This document shows positions 39,820-49,895 of a stretch of 64,000 bases of DNA, in pieces. The position numbers and the translations under genes are program-made. The DNA is from Truepera sp. Lineage in GTDB: Bacteria; Deinococcota; Deinococci; Deinococcales; Trueperaceae. The stretch is taken from the NCBI GenBank assembly GCA_965218435.1, contig CBDCKW010000009.1:2272001-2336000 (forward strand). Direction: 5' to 3'. Below the pieces are notes generated by a model. That model saw nothing but the letters and a program-made list of their open reading frames with translations. It had not been told where the DNA came from and made no database searches. How positions within the stretch are numbered: the first letter of the stretch is position 1; every line of letters starts with the position of its first letter.

Positions 39820-40509
39820 ATGAACCCTCGAGTCTGGCTGGCCGAGTTTATCGGAACGTTTACCCTGGTTTTTGTAGGGATTGCGGCGCTGGCTTCGGGC
39901 GCGGATACTTTGAGCGTCGCTCTGGCTTTCGGACTCAGCGTTGCTGTCATGATCGCAGCGGTAGGGGCCATCTCGTTTGCTCACTTCAACCCGGCGGTCA
40001 CGGTCGGGTTTTGGGTGCTGCGGCGAATCAGCCTGAGCGAGCTTTTCCTCTACTGGAGCGCCGAACTTTCAGGCGCAGTGTTCGCCCTGCTCTGTCTCCG
40101 GGGGCTGGTCGGCGTAGCCAAGCTCGAGCCGGTCAACTACGGCGCGACCCTAGTAGCCGCTGACGTCTCTATCTTGCAGGGCGCTGTAATTGAAATGGTC
40201 CTAAGCTTTTTTTTGATGTTCGTCATCGCTACCTGCGTCATCCAAAAGCAGGCGCAAGCAGGGCTTTACATCGGCTTTACGGTGACGCTCTGCGCGGTTG
40301 CAGGGGGTGCGCTGACGGGCGCGTCTATGAACCCGGCGCGGAGTTTTGCTCCGGCACTCTTTTCCGGCAACTGGACGCATCACTGGCTCTACTGGGTAGC
40401 GCCCATTATGGGTGCAGCTATTGCAGCAGTAGTCGCCAAATATTTGTGGCCGTCCGAGCCCGAACTCGAGCGTGCTCAAAGTCCGGCGTTACAACAGGTC
40501 GGTGACTAA
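39820..40509 (+). CDS. MIP-family aquaporin/aquaglyceroporin in the ars operon
   Basis: AEFIGTF, AHFNPAVT and ASMNPARSF NPA motifs, WLYWVAP. Confidence 0.92.
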   Translation: MNPRVWLAEFIGTFTLVFVGIAALASGADTLSVALAFGLSVAVMIAAVGAISFAHFNPAVTVGFWVLRRISLSELFLYWSAELSGAVFALLCLRGLVGVAKLEPVNYGATLVAADVSILQGAVIEMVLSFFLMFVIATCVIQKQAQAGLYIGFTVTLCAVAGGALTGASMNPARSFAPALFSGNWTHHWLYWVAPIMGAAIAAVVAKYLWPSEPELERAQSPALQQVGD

Positions 40510-41229
40510 GGTGGCCTCAAGCGTATCCCCGAGCCGCAACCCTTGCAACGCAGCTTCTTCGTAAGGTAAGTACCCCGCGGCGCAGACTCCGGCAGCGTAC
40601 AAACCCTCGAGCCGACCTAGCGCAAAGGTCTCGGCGTTCCACTCCGCGCCCGCAAAACGTGTGCAGGTCACAGTGTAAGAGGGTGCGCCCCGGCTTTCAG
40701 GCGCTTCTAGCGTCACCTCATTAAAGGCAAACCCCAGGGTGACGAGATTGTCATAAAGATCGTCGTAGGCCATTTCAGAAAGTCGTCCAGAGGTTTCGGT
40801 CAACGTCCCGAGGGTCAGCCGCGCCCGTAAAAAGCTTCCGGCGCAGAGTGCGACGCGTGGCGCGGTGCGGTCCACGCCTTCCCAGGTTGAGACGCCGGTC
40901 ACGTGGCCGCCTCGCGTATTGAGTCCCATCACGCTCGACTGGAGGAGGTGTAATTTGGGTTCGCGCTCGAGCGTCCCTTTGGCCCGCCGGTGCAGGTCAA
41001 AGGTTTCTAGTGCTTGCGTCCGGGTACCGCAAAGTTCAACAAGGAGTGTCCCAGCAGGTGGCGTCAGCTCAGCTGCCGTGCCCGTGAGGTTATAAACCGT
41101 ATCGAGGCTGGTGGTAACGAGGAGGACGTCAAGACCGGCCCTAGCCGTCTTTAACGCTGCCTCGCTCCCAGTCAGGCCCGCCCCGACGACGATCAGGTCG
41201 TACTCGGAATTGTTAAACCCGCTTGTCAA
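40489..41229 (-). CDS. GidA-related small FAD-dependent protein (GidA-small of Deinococcota)
   Basis: IVVGAGLTGSEAA, LVTTSLDTV, VSTWEG, GSFL.ARL, GRLSEMAYDDL, GLYAAG. Confidence 0.88.
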   Translation of the reverse strand: MTSGFNNSEYDLIVVGAGLTGSEAALKTARAGLDVLLVTTSLDTVYNLTGTAAELTPPAGTLLVELCGTRTQALETFDLHRRAKGTLEREPKLHLLQSSVMGLNTRGGHVTGVSTWEGVDRTAPRVALCAGSFLRARLTLGTLTETSGRLSEMAYDDLYDNLVTLGFAFNEVTLEAPESRGAPSYTVTCTRFAGAEWNAETFALGRLEGLYAAGVCAAGYLPYEEAALQGLRLGDTLEATLVTDLL

Positions 41230-41231
41230 CG

Positions 41232-41813
41232 CTACTCTTCAAAACCGTCTAACAGCGGGAACGGTTGCCGCCGTCCGGGGGCGCGCAGGAGCAGGTGACG
41301 CCCGCTGCCGGTGCGCTGGTAGAGCAAAATTCCTTTGGGTTCCCCCAACAACTCCGTCGGCCCCGGCGCGTCTACCATCACCCGCAGGTGCAGCGGCAGC
41401 ACAGCCTTGGGGCGGCCTAATTCATACCGCTCACCCTCACCGATACGGTAACCAAAAAACACATCTGACGGCACACTGCTGTAAACCGCCGTCAAAGACT
41501 GCGCCTCACCCGCGCGGTAAAGCGCCACTGCCTCCCAGGTAATCGCCTGCGCTTCCTCTTCAGACAACCAGGTCACCTCGGCTGCGCCCAAATCGCCGTA
41601 AAACGCACCGGGAAAGTTTTTCGACTGCGTGTAAAACCCTGCGTCCCCGACAACGAGTTTCATCACGGCGTTACCGTAAGAGGTCCCCTGAATCTTGCCT
41701 TTGAGATAGGCAATCGCGAGCCCGTAACGCTGCTCGTGGAGCGCGGCGAACTCGTCCCAGTCGGGGTTGATCAGTTCGATATCGGTGTTGACTTCAAAGC
41801 CGGTCGTGCTCAA
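41232..41813 (-). CDS. Conserved hypothetical protein (193 aa)
   Basis: AGGAG RBS before TTG at 41813 (MSTTGFEVNTDIELINPDWDEF...); the longer ORF-track start overlaps menG out of frame. Confidence 0.7.
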   Translation of the reverse strand: MSTTGFEVNTDIELINPDWDEFAALHEQRYGLAIAYLKGKIQGTSYGNAVMKLVVGDAGFYTQSKNFPGAFYGDLGAAEVTWLSEEEAQAITWEAVALYRAGEAQSLTAVYSSVPSDVFFGYRIGEGERYELGRPKAVLPLHLRVMVDAPGPTELLGEPKGILLYQRTGSGRHLLLRAPGRRQPFPLLDGFEE

Positions 41814-41835
41814 GGGGTTTCTCCTGAAGGTTGAG

Positions 41836-42657
41836 TTAGGGTCGAGCGGGCTGCTCCACAAGTTTTGTACTGGCTTTTGTACCTGGTTTTGTGCCGGGTT
41901 TTTCGCCCGTGTGCAGCGCCGAGACGCCAAAGGTCTGCAGCTCGTAACGGACACCGCGAAAACCGGCGCGTTCCATCCGCGCGGCGAGCACTTTGGGCGG
42001 CGGAAACTTAAGCACGGAATCCGGTAGATAAGTGTACGCGCTTTTGCGGCCCGAGATGAGGCCACCGAGCCTGGGCAACACCTGCAAAAAGTAAAATCTA
42101 AAGAGGGTGCCGAACACACCTTTAGGCGGCGGCGGAAACTCCAGAACAACGAGTTTGCCACCGGGTCTGAGGACGCGGTAAAACTCTGCCAAGCCTTTGT
42201 CCAAGTCGGCAAAGTTGCGCAGACCGTAAGCAATCGTCAGGGCGTCAAAAGAGGCGTCGGGATAGGGCAGGGCGAGACCGTCACCTTGCTCGAGCCTCAC
42301 CGAAACACCCTGTTCTTTAGCTTTGCGGCGACCAACCGAGAGCATCGCCTCGACAAAATCTACACCGATCACTTCTGCGCCGGGTCGGTATTTTTTAAGG
42401 GCCAAAGCCAGGTCTGCCGTACCGGTCGCTACGTCTAACACATGCGTTGCGCCGCCCGCAAAAGCCGCCTTTGTTGCGTCTTTGCGCCAGCCTTTGTCGA
42501 ACCCAAAGCTGAGCACGGTGTTAAGCAGATCGTAGCGCCGCGCAATGGCTGAAAACATCTCATGAACCTGCGCGGCTTTGCCCGCTCCCGCTCCGTCCCC
42601 GCTTGTACTTGACCCGCTTGGACTCGGTTGCGGCGGCGTGGGCGAAGAGGCTTTCAT
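41836..42657 (-). CDS. menG: Demethylmenaquinone / ubiquinone methyltransferase
   Basis: MFSAIARRYDLLN..LSFG...W, LDVATGTADLA, IAYGLRNF, EFYRVLRPGG, AYTYLPDS. Confidence 0.93.
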   Translation of the reverse strand: MKASSPTPPQPSPSGSSTSGDGAGAGKAAQVHEMFSAIARRYDLLNTVLSFGFDKGWRKDATKAAFAGGATHVLDVATGTADLALALKKYRPGAEVIGVDFVEAMLSVGRRKAKEQGVSVRLEQGDGLALPYPDASFDALTIAYGLRNFADLDKGLAEFYRVLRPGGKLVVLEFPPPPKGVFGTLFRFYFLQVLPRLGGLISGRKSAYTYLPDSVLKFPPPKVLAARMERAGFRGVRYELQTFGVSALHTGEKPGTKPGTKASTKLVEQPARP

Positions 42658-43042
42658 CTTCTTAAAGCTACCACGGGCGTCCCCTTGCAGAGTGTGTCAA
42701 CCCAAGTTTTTGCAGTGTAAGTTAAGCAAAGAACGCGCCAGCTCGTTACCTACCTGAGCCGACGTCTTCGACGCGGTTGAGGAAGCCGTACGCCCAATAG
42801 AGCTCGAGCCCCCTTTCGACCGCCCAACACTCCTCGCTGCTGTAGTGAACGAGTAAAAGGCTCCACCGCTCGCCATTCTGCTCACAAAAAGTGAGCCTAT
42901 GTGCGTCAGCCGCAGCCACCTCTACTTGCTCAAGCACATCTGCAACGACGCGTGTCTAATCCGCTTCACGCGCAAAGACCGACAACCAAGTCATAAAGAT
43001 CGTAGATACGCAGGTCAAACTTTTGGTACTTGTTAAGACGTT

Positions 43043-43339
43043 TTAGCCCAGCAACTGATGCCGTGACAAAAAGCTGTCGAGTTTCGCGCGGCTGAAGTTC
43101 GACAAGCTGGCCGCGTCGCCGTTATAGACGAGCGTCGGCACGCTGCGACGGCCTCCATTGACCTGCATCACATATTCGGCTGCGTCCGGGTCTTCTTCGA
43201 TGTTGACCTCGAGGTAAGGGACCTCGAGTTTCGCCAGCGCCTTTTTAGTCACCACACAGTCGCCGCACCAGCTGGTGGTGTACATCACGAGCGTGCCGGT
43301 TTGAGTCGCTACTTGCTTTGTTTCGGACAGAGTAGACAT
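43043..43339 (-). CDS. Mycoredoxin/NrdH-like glutaredoxin
   Basis: MYTTSWCGDC, VNIEEDP.AAE.V..VNGGRRSVPT; AGGAGG RBS. Confidence 0.88.
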   Translation of the reverse strand: MSTLSETKQVATQTGTLVMYTTSWCGDCVVTKKALAKLEVPYLEVNIEEDPDAAEYVMQVNGGRRSVPTLVYNGDAASLSNFSRAKLDSFLSRHQLLG

Positions 43340-43607
43340 CTCGCCTCCTAAATGTGAGAGATAAGTTAGCGCAGTGCGCGTCTAGGGGTAACGTATCAAC
43401 CTCTTTAGGAGCCCTATGTCGGCTGCTTGACACGGCTGTAAGCTTTCGTTGTCGCTAAAAATGACTTAAGCTGGACAAACAAGTGCAAAAAATAACGCGT
43501 GTCGAGAAGGTGCGAACGGCTAAGCTAGTCAGAGGCGACTCTGGCATAATAAACGTGTTCGCTGTTTTTGCTGTGCGCACGGTGCGCAGCTTCAGCTTTA
43601 GGAAAGG

Positions 43608-44492
43608 TTGAAAATGAAAATTCAGAGGTGGTGTACCGGGGTAGTTGTAGGAATCAGCTTGTTAGGAACGCAGCTTGCTACAGCACAGTCAGCTCAAGGC
43701 GATACGACCGTCGTCGGGGTCGCAGCCGGAACGCCGGACTTTAGCACGTTAGTGAGCGCACTTACGGCGGCCGGACTGACCGAGACCTTACAGGGCAGCG
43801 GGCCGTTTACGGTTTTTGCGCCGACCAACGAGGCGTTCGCCAAACTTTCAGAAGCCGACCTGAACGCGCTCTTAGCTGACCGCGCGGCGCTTACCAGAGT
43901 CTTGACCTATCACGTCGTACTGGGCAGCTTTACGACCGCAGACATTACCGAAGATATGAAGAGCTTCGCTACGCTCGAGGGTAGCCCCCTCCCTATTACC
44001 CAACAGGGCGTCGGCGACGCGGCGGTGACAGCTGTCAATATCCCGGCGTCAAACGGGGTCGTTTTTGCGATTGATACGGTGCTGACGCCACCTGCAGCGG
44101 CAGCTACAGGCAGCGCGGAGAGTGGTGGGGCCGGAGGGCTCTACTCGAGTACCGCCGAGGCGAGTGAACGCTACACGCTTGGCGAAGCGAACGGCAGCGG
44201 CGTGTCGGGGTCGGTACTTGTGGCCGAATACAGCGGGAACCGCACGGTGGTGAGTATTTCACTCTTAGGCACACCGAGCGGCGGCGTTCACCCCGCAGAC
44301 CTCTATTTGGGCAGCTGTAACGACCTGTCGCGGGTTGTGGCTTCGCTCGAACCCGTTTCCGGCGATACCGGGTTTAGCACCACCGTGTTAGATCTGCCTT
44401 TCTCTGATGTTGTTGGCGGCAACCACGCGCTCAACGTCACGGCGTCAGAGGGAGACAGCGCCGCCGTTGCCTGTGGTGAGGTCGGCCAGTAA
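43608..44492 (+). CDS. Secreted fasciclin (FAS1) protein with a C-terminal CHRD/SOD-like domain
   Basis: FSTLVSAL, GPFTVFAPTNEAF, LTYHVV, ASNGVVFAIDTVL; C-terminal SGVSG..HPA...GSC..ACGEVG. Confidence 0.88.
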   Translation: MKMKIQRWCTGVVVGISLLGTQLATAQSAQGDTTVVGVAAGTPDFSTLVSALTAAGLTETLQGSGPFTVFAPTNEAFAKLSEADLNALLADRAALTRVLTYHVVLGSFTTADITEDMKSFATLEGSPLPITQQGVGDAAVTAVNIPASNGVVFAIDTVLTPPAAAATGSAESGGAGGLYSSTAEASERYTLGEANGSGVSGSVLVAEYSGNRTVVSISLLGTPSGGVHPADLYLGSCNDLSRVVASLEPVSGDTGFSTTVLDLPFSDVVGGNHALNVTASEGDSAAVACGEVGQ

Positions 44493-44537
44493 CTAACGGC
44501 CCGGTAACTAACGGCTATGAACCAGAACTTATCAAAG

Positions 44538-44567
44538 AGCCCATCACGCTGTACTGTGATGGGCTTT
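44538..44567 (+). terminator. Intrinsic terminator
   Basis: AGCCCATCAC...GTGATGGGCT followed by TTCT. Confidence 0.65.
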
Positions 44568-44824
44568 CTCGAGCAGTCAGGGCTGGTTTAGCAAGTCAGA
44601 AGCCAACATAACCGGTTCAGCGTTATTCACCTCAGCAGATCAAACCGGTTCGGTCGTCCGTTACCGGGGCGCTCGAAAACCTGTTTAGCGTTGTAGGTAA
44701 GGGCGGTATTCGCATAGATACCTTTTTGCTCGTACGCTCGGTACCTGACAGCAAAAGCAAAGATCACCACTGCCCAAGATGGTATAGAGATAGACGGGAT
44801 TAGAGGATAAGCCACGACCGCAGA

Positions 44825-44856
44825 CGTCACACATAAGTATCGTCACACATAAGTAT
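44825..44856. repeat. Perfect 16-bp tandem duplication
   Basis: CGTCACACATAAGTAT x2. Confidence 0.9.
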
Positions 44857-45063
44857 CAGTGCTGCGATATCGGTGTTATCAATACGGGGACGTAGGTGTA
44901 ATCCGCGCCGCGCTGGTCGGACGGCGTAACACGCCTTTTTGCGATCCCGTGTATACTAAATACTTGTGTAACCGTCTCAAACTCTATTGAGGCGGCTGGT
45001 AACCTGAACTTCAAATAAACACATCCGTAACTACGGCAAAGCTCAACCCTTAAAGGACACCCT

Positions 45064-46866
45064 ATGACCTACCGCAACATCGCCATCGTCGCGCACGTTG
45101 ACCACGGCAAAACTACCCTTGTAGACGGACTGCTGCGGCAGTCGCACATCTTCCGCGATAACCAAGAGGTGCGCGACCGCGTGATGGACTCAAACGACCT
45201 CGAGCGCGAACGCGGCATCACGATTTTGGCCAAAAATACCGCTGTCGAGTGGCACGGCACGAAGATCAATATCGTTGATACGCCCGGTCACGCCGACTTT
45301 GGTGGCGAGGTTGAACGCGCCCTTGGGATGGTGGACGGCGTGCTGCTTTTAGTAGACGCCGCCGAAGGTCCGATGCCGCAAACGCGTTTTGTGCTTAAAA
45401 AAGCGTTGGCACTAGGTCTTAAACCGATTGTTGTCATCAACAAAATTGACCGTAAAGACGCTCGCCCCGACGACGTTTTGAACCTCACCTTTGACCTGAT
45501 GGTTGAACTCGGCGCGAACGACGAACAGCTCGACTTTCCGATTGTCTACGCGGTCGCCCGTGAAGGCAAGGCGTGGCTCGAGCTCGGCGAACCCGGCGAC
45601 GACCTTACACCGCTGTTTGAAACGATTATTAAGTACATTCCCGAAGCGGTCGCCGACACCGACGCCCCGTTTCAACTCCAGGTCTCGAACCTCGATTATT
45701 CGGATTATCTAGGCCGCATCGCCATTGGCCGTGTGCTCCGCGGAACGCTGCACAAGGGTGAGAGCGTGCTCCGGCTGACGCGTACCGGCGAGGTGCGGGC
45801 GCGGATTACGAAGCTCTACACGCATTTGGGACTTGCCCGCGTCGAAACCGACGAGGTTTTTGCCGGTGACATCATCGCGCTGACCGGCGTAGACGAGGTG
45901 CAGATCGGCGATACGCTCACCGACCCGAGCGCCCCCGACGCGCTCCCGGTGATGAGCGTGGACGAACCAACGGTTTCAGTGACCTTCAGCCCGAACACGA
46001 GCCCGTTTGCCGGTAAAGAAGGCAAGTACGTCACCTCGCGGCACGTCAAAGACCGCTTGGACCGTGAACTCCTGACGAACGTCGCGCTCCGCGTGGAAGA
46101 ACTCGGCAACGAGAGCTACCGCGTCTCGGGCCGAGGTGAGCTGCACCTCTCGGTCTTGATCGAACAGATGCGCCGCGAAGGGTACGAGTTTTCGGTGTCG
46201 CGCCCCGAGGTCATCTTAAAAGAGGTGGACGGCAAAGTTTACGAGCCGTTCGAACACGTCATTGCCGACGTGCCTGAATCGGTGATGGGCGGTGTGATGG
46301 AGTCGCTCTCAGGCCGCCGCGGGACGCTCGTCAACATGACGCAGGATTTAGGGCGGGCAAGGCTCGAGTTCTCCATCCCGTCACGTGCGCTATTTGGCTA
46401 CCGCACCAACTTTTTATCCATGACGCAGGGCGAAGGACTCTTAAACCACACCTTTGACGGGTACGAACCGCTCGTGGGCGGCCTCAAAACCCGTCAGGGC
46501 GGAAGCTTGGTGGCAATGGAACCCGGTGAAGTCTTCGCCTACAGCATCTTTAAGCTCCAAGACCGCGGCGTGTTTTTTATTGACCCCGGTACCGAAGTCT
46601 ACGTCGGGATGATCGTCGGCGCGAACTCGCGCACGGGCGACATGAACGTCAACGTTACCAAAAACAAAAAGATGACCAATGTGCGGGCGTCGGCTAGTGA
46701 CGACAACATCACCCTGACGCCGCCGAAAAAGCTCACTTTGGAAGAGGCGCTCGAGTACATTACCGACGACGAGCTGTTAGAAATCACGCCTAAGAGCGTC
46801 CGGCTCCGTAAACGCACGCTCGACCCCAATCTGAGGAAAAAAGAAGAGAAGGTCGGGGCTAGCTAA
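45064..46866 (+). CDS. typA: Translational GTPase TypA/BipA
   Basis: [62 protein letters not shown]. Confidence 0.98.
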   Translation: MTYRNIAIVAHVDHGKTTLVDGLLRQSHIFRDNQEVRDRVMDSNDLERERGITILAKNTAVEWHGTKINIVDTPGHADFGGEVERALGMVDGVLLLVDAAEGPMPQTRFVLKKALALGLKPIVVINKIDRKDARPDDVLNLTFDLMVELGANDEQLDFPIVYAVAREGKAWLELGEPGDDLTPLFETIIKYIPEAVADTDAPFQLQVSNLDYSDYLGRIAIGRVLRGTLHKGESVLRLTRTGEVRARITKLYTHLGLARVETDEVFAGDIIALTGVDEVQIGDTLTDPSAPDALPVMSVDEPTVSVTFSPNTSPFAGKEGKYVTSRHVKDRLDRELLTNVALRVEELGNESYRVSGRGELHLSVLIEQMRREGYEFSVSRPEVILKEVDGKVYEPFEHVIADVPESVMGGVMESLSGRRGTLVNMTQDLGRARLEFSIPSRALFGYRTNFLSMTQGEGLLNHTFDGYEPLVGGLKTRQGGSLVAMEPGEVFAYSIFKLQDRGVFFIDPGTEVYVGMIVGANSRTGDMNVNVTKNKKMTNVRASASDDNITLTPPKKLTLEEALEYITDDELLEITPKSVRLRKRTLDPNLRKKEEKVGAS

Positions 46867-46884
46867 AAGTCGGTTAAAAAGCCT

Positions 46885-46912
46885 AAACGCGCAGAGAGTT
46901 CTCTGCGCGTTT
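46885..46912 (+). terminator. Terminator after typA
   Basis: AAACGCGCAGAG-AGTT-CTCTGCGCGTTT. Confidence 0.8.
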
Positions 46913-46992
46913 CTGATCTAGGCTCATGCCGCTTTACAGAACGGCTAAAACGAGACACCTAATTTGCTAAGATCGCATCCTAGGAGACAGCT

Positions 46993-47346
46993 ATGGATAA
47001 AGTCAACATCAACGAAGCGTTGAACTCTCTTGAAGAATACTGGTCTCAAAAAACTATCGGTAGGGCTAATGGACAGCTGTTCAAGGTTGCCAAAGGTATC
47101 GGTGAAATCAGATGGCACAAGCATGACGATCAGGACGAGCTTTTTATCTTGTACCAGGGACATTTGACAATTCAGTTACGAGACAAAGATGTCGAGCTAT
47201 ATGAGGGTGATATGTTCGTAGTACCCAAAGGGACTGAGCATTGTCCAAACGCTCATGGAGAGGTTTCATTCGTTATTGTAGGCCTAGACATTACCTCGAA
47301 CGAGGCAGGCGGCAAACCTAGCGAAGTTCGCCGTGTTACTACGTAA
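46993..47346 (+). CDS. Cupin-domain protein
   Basis: EYWSQK.IG..NGQLFKVAK, WHKHDDQDELF, GDMFVVPKGTEHCP; AGGAG RBS. Confidence 0.9.
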   Translation: MDKVNINEALNSLEEYWSQKTIGRANGQLFKVAKGIGEIRWHKHDDQDELFILYQGHLTIQLRDKDVELYEGDMFVVPKGTEHCPNAHGEVSFVIVGLDITSNEAGGKPSEVRRVTT

Positions 47347-47359
47347 GATTTGCAGTCGG

Positions 47360-48115
47360 CTAATCCTTTGATGAAGTCTTGAGCTCCAACAACACAATCT
47401 CGCTGTAAGGTTCACTCTGCTCGACCTGCGCTTCGCCTTCTTTAACCAGCTCGAGCATCGCGCTAAATGCCACAGTAACCGTCGGCCAGTCTCGAGCTTC
47501 CATCAGCGTAAAAAGCGTGCCGCGCCCCAGCCGTAAGAGACCGGTGCGGAGTTTTTTTAGGGCTGAGGCCAGCGTCAGGCGAGGGGCGGCGAGTTCAAAG
47601 TAGTGCGTGGCGCGGTGACGGGTGGCGAGTTCGGCCAGACGGCCCAGCTTGGTGCTCAGTGGGCGGGCGCGGCGCGGGTAGCTCGGGCGCGGGGCTTGGG
47701 CGCTCAGCAGGTGCCGCCGCGTCTCCCGGCGCTCACGCAAAAAGCCGATGGCTTCTTCAAACGCCTCTAACGCCAACACCGTTTCCAACACCTCTTCGCG
47801 TTCAACTTCAGGGGTTTTGGGTGGTTGCGGCAGTAAGCGCCGGACTTTGAGTTCGATGATGCGGGCCAGCAGCGGCAAGGTCTCGGTGGCGCGGCTCAGG
47901 TCACGCTCAGCGAGGCCCCGGTAAAAGTCGAGATAGTGCTGGACCAGCCCTGATACGTTTACATCGCCCGGTGCGACGCGTTCCGTGCGGAGCGCGTGGG
48001 CCAACTCGCCGAGGGTGCCGCTAAAGGCCGGGGTTTCGACGCGGAAGGGCGCGGCCTCAGCAGTTAAACCGGTAGCTAAACCGGCCGCTACGGTAGCTGA
48101 GGCGTCAGGGGTCAA
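47360..48115 (-). CDS. scpA: Segregation and condensation protein A
   Basis: F.GTLGEL...LR, A.ETLPLLARIIELK.R.LLP, VAFSAMLELVKEG...EQSEPYSEI. Confidence 0.85.
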   Translation of the reverse strand: MTPDASATVAAGLATGLTAEAAPFRVETPAFSGTLGELAHALRTERVAPGDVNVSGLVQHYLDFYRGLAERDLSRATETLPLLARIIELKVRRLLPQPPKTPEVEREEVLETVLALEAFEEAIGFLRERRETRRHLLSAQAPRPSYPRRARPLSTKLGRLAELATRHRATHYFELAAPRLTLASALKKLRTGLLRLGRGTLFTLMEARDWPTVTVAFSAMLELVKEGEAQVEQSEPYSEIVLLELKTSSKD

Positions 48116-48794
48116 GCCGCACCTTTTCGGGGGGTTCGGCGACGCGGGTAGAGACGGCCGGAACAGTCTGCAAGTCGGCGCTCAGGTGCTGCGTGTCGTT
48201 TAAGCGCTCGAGCAGCAGCCCGGAAGGAATCGTCACAAAGCTCGTCACACTCGTATGTTCCAGATGAATACGTTTACGCCAAGCTTTAGTATCCATCTGC
48301 AAAATTGCGGCAACGAGGGTTTGAATCGTCCCGGAGTGGGTCACGGCGACGACGTGCGCGTCAGCGGATACGGTACCGGGTAAACTCATCAGCCACGCCT
48401 CAGCGCGTCCGTACAACTCGCCGTAGGACTCGCCGCCGGGGGCAGACGTAAAAAAGGGCGTACGGGTCCAGCTGCGCCACTCAGGAAGTGTCAGCCGCTC
48501 AGATAAGGTAAGCCCTTCAAAGATACCGAAGTTGAGCTCGCTGAGGCGGGCGTCTAAGATGGGCGTATGGCCGGGAAACGCGAATGCAGCGGTGGTGCGG
48601 GCGCGGCTCAGGGGGCTCGAGTAAAGCTGCACCACTTCTCCGGCAAAACGCTTCTGGAGCGCCCGCGCTTGCAACTCACCTAGAGGAGAAAGCGGCACGT
48701 CACTCTGACCCTGCACCCGGCCTCCCAGATTCCAACTTGTAACAGCGTGACGGATAAGTGTAAGACGCATCACAGAGGGAGAGTTTAGCATCAT
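48105..48794 (-). CDS. Histidine phosphatase (phosphoglycerate mutase) family protein
   Basis: LIRHAVTSWN, YSSPLSRA, LSELNFG.FEG, PGGES, VTHSG. Confidence 0.9.
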   Translation of the reverse strand: MMLNSPSVMRLTLIRHAVTSWNLGGRVQGQSDVPLSPLGELQARALQKRFAGEVVQLYSSPLSRARTTAAFAFPGHTPILDARLSELNFGIFEGLTLSERLTLPEWRSWTRTPFFTSAPGGESYGELYGRAEAWLMSLPGTVSADAHVVAVTHSGTIQTLVAAILQMDTKAWRKRIHLEHTSVTSFVTIPSGLLLERLNDTQHLSADLQTVPAVSTRVAEPPEKVRLDP

Positions 48795-48981
48795 CTGCGC
48801 GGATATTTGTCAGGCCGTTTAGGTATATCGTGCAGAGACGGCCACACTGAAGGCCACATTCTGTGCCCCCAAGCGTAGTCACGCCGCTGCCCTGTTACTG
48901 TTGCCACTTACCGATGTTTTTTGCCCTGTATGCCAGCCTCCAGCCACGCCCCAAGTACATGAAAACCCGGAATCCGTGACC

Positions 48982-49032
48982 CAAAGTTCGTGAAAGCCCA
49001 AAGTTCGTGAAAGCTCAAAGTTCGTGAAAGCT
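48982..49032. repeat. Three tandem 17-bp repeats
   Basis: CAAAGTTCGTGAAAGC(C/T) x3, immediately upstream of the 49038 ORF. Confidence 0.92.
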
Positions 49033-49037
49033 ATGAC

Positions 49038-49877
49038 GTGAAGGTTAGGGCTAGTGTTGCAAACACACCCAAGATAGCCCTGTGGGAATGGCCGAACGTG
49101 CTCTCGCTCGACGCGCCCCTGATCGCCGCGCTCTGGCAGAGTCTTTTTGTGCAGACGTTTGGCGCGGCGCTCGGCTGGCCCTACGCGCTGCTGCTTTACA
49201 CCGCCGTTTGGCTGATCTACAGCGCCGACCGCTGGCTCGATGGACGGACGCTCGGCGAAAACGCACGCACGCAGCGGCACCTCTTTTACGCGCGGCACCG
49301 AGGCGTGATCTTATGGTGCTGGCTGGGCATCGGCGTGGGCACACTTGTAGCCAGCCTATTTCTTTTGACCTGGAGTCAACTTTTGGGGGGCGCTCTAGTA
49401 GGGTCACTGCTGCTCGGTTATCTTTTGCGGCGTCACCGGGGTGACCGAACGACACACCCCAAAGAGTTGCAGATTGCCGTGATCTTTGCTCTCGGCGTCG
49501 TTTTTTTGCCCCTCTTGAGTGGTCATTTAAGCCTTCGACTGCTCTTTTGCAGCGGGCTTTTTGGCGTGCTTATCTTCCTCAACTGCGCCTATATCGCCCG
49601 CTGGGAGGGCGACCTCGACCAAGAGAGCGCACCTTTTGCCGTTCGCGCCCCGTGGTTTGACGTACATCTAGGCGTCTTGGCTTTGGCCTTTGCCCTAATC
49701 TGCGGCGTCGGTGGGCTGCTGACAGAGGTTTTGCGCCCTCTTTTTGCAGCTCTAACGCTTAGTGCGCTGCTGCTTTACAGCCTCGAGCACCTCTCCTCTG
49801 CCCTCAGCCCCGCCGCGCGCCGGGTGCTCGCAGACGCCGCGCTCTTAACGCCGCTTTTGTGGCTCATCTATGGTTGA
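49038..49877 (+). CDS. Membrane protein, UbiA-prenyltransferase-like
   Basis: SLDAPLIA..W, VWLIY.ADR.LD, RH.FY, KEL; about 8 TM; family call tentative. Confidence 0.6.
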   Translation: MKVRASVANTPKIALWEWPNVLSLDAPLIAALWQSLFVQTFGAALGWPYALLLYTAVWLIYSADRWLDGRTLGENARTQRHLFYARHRGVILWCWLGIGVGTLVASLFLLTWSQLLGGALVGSLLLGYLLRRHRGDRTTHPKELQIAVIFALGVVFLPLLSGHLSLRLLFCSGLFGVLIFLNCAYIARWEGDLDQESAPFAVRAPWFDVHLGVLALAFALICGVGGLLTEVLRPLFAALTLSALLLYSLEHLSSALSPAARRVLADAALLTPLLWLIYG

Positions 49878-49895
49878 CATACATGACTAACCCGT

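Noticed and set aside
41814..42233. 333-aa version of the hypothetical ORF in the track
   Set aside because: The extension overlaps menG out of frame; an RBS plus TTG at 41813 gives the plausible start.
44627..44830. 67-aa minus-strand ORF between the fasciclin gene and typA
   Set aside because: No RBS or -10 support, and its start falls within a tandem duplication; at best a remnant.
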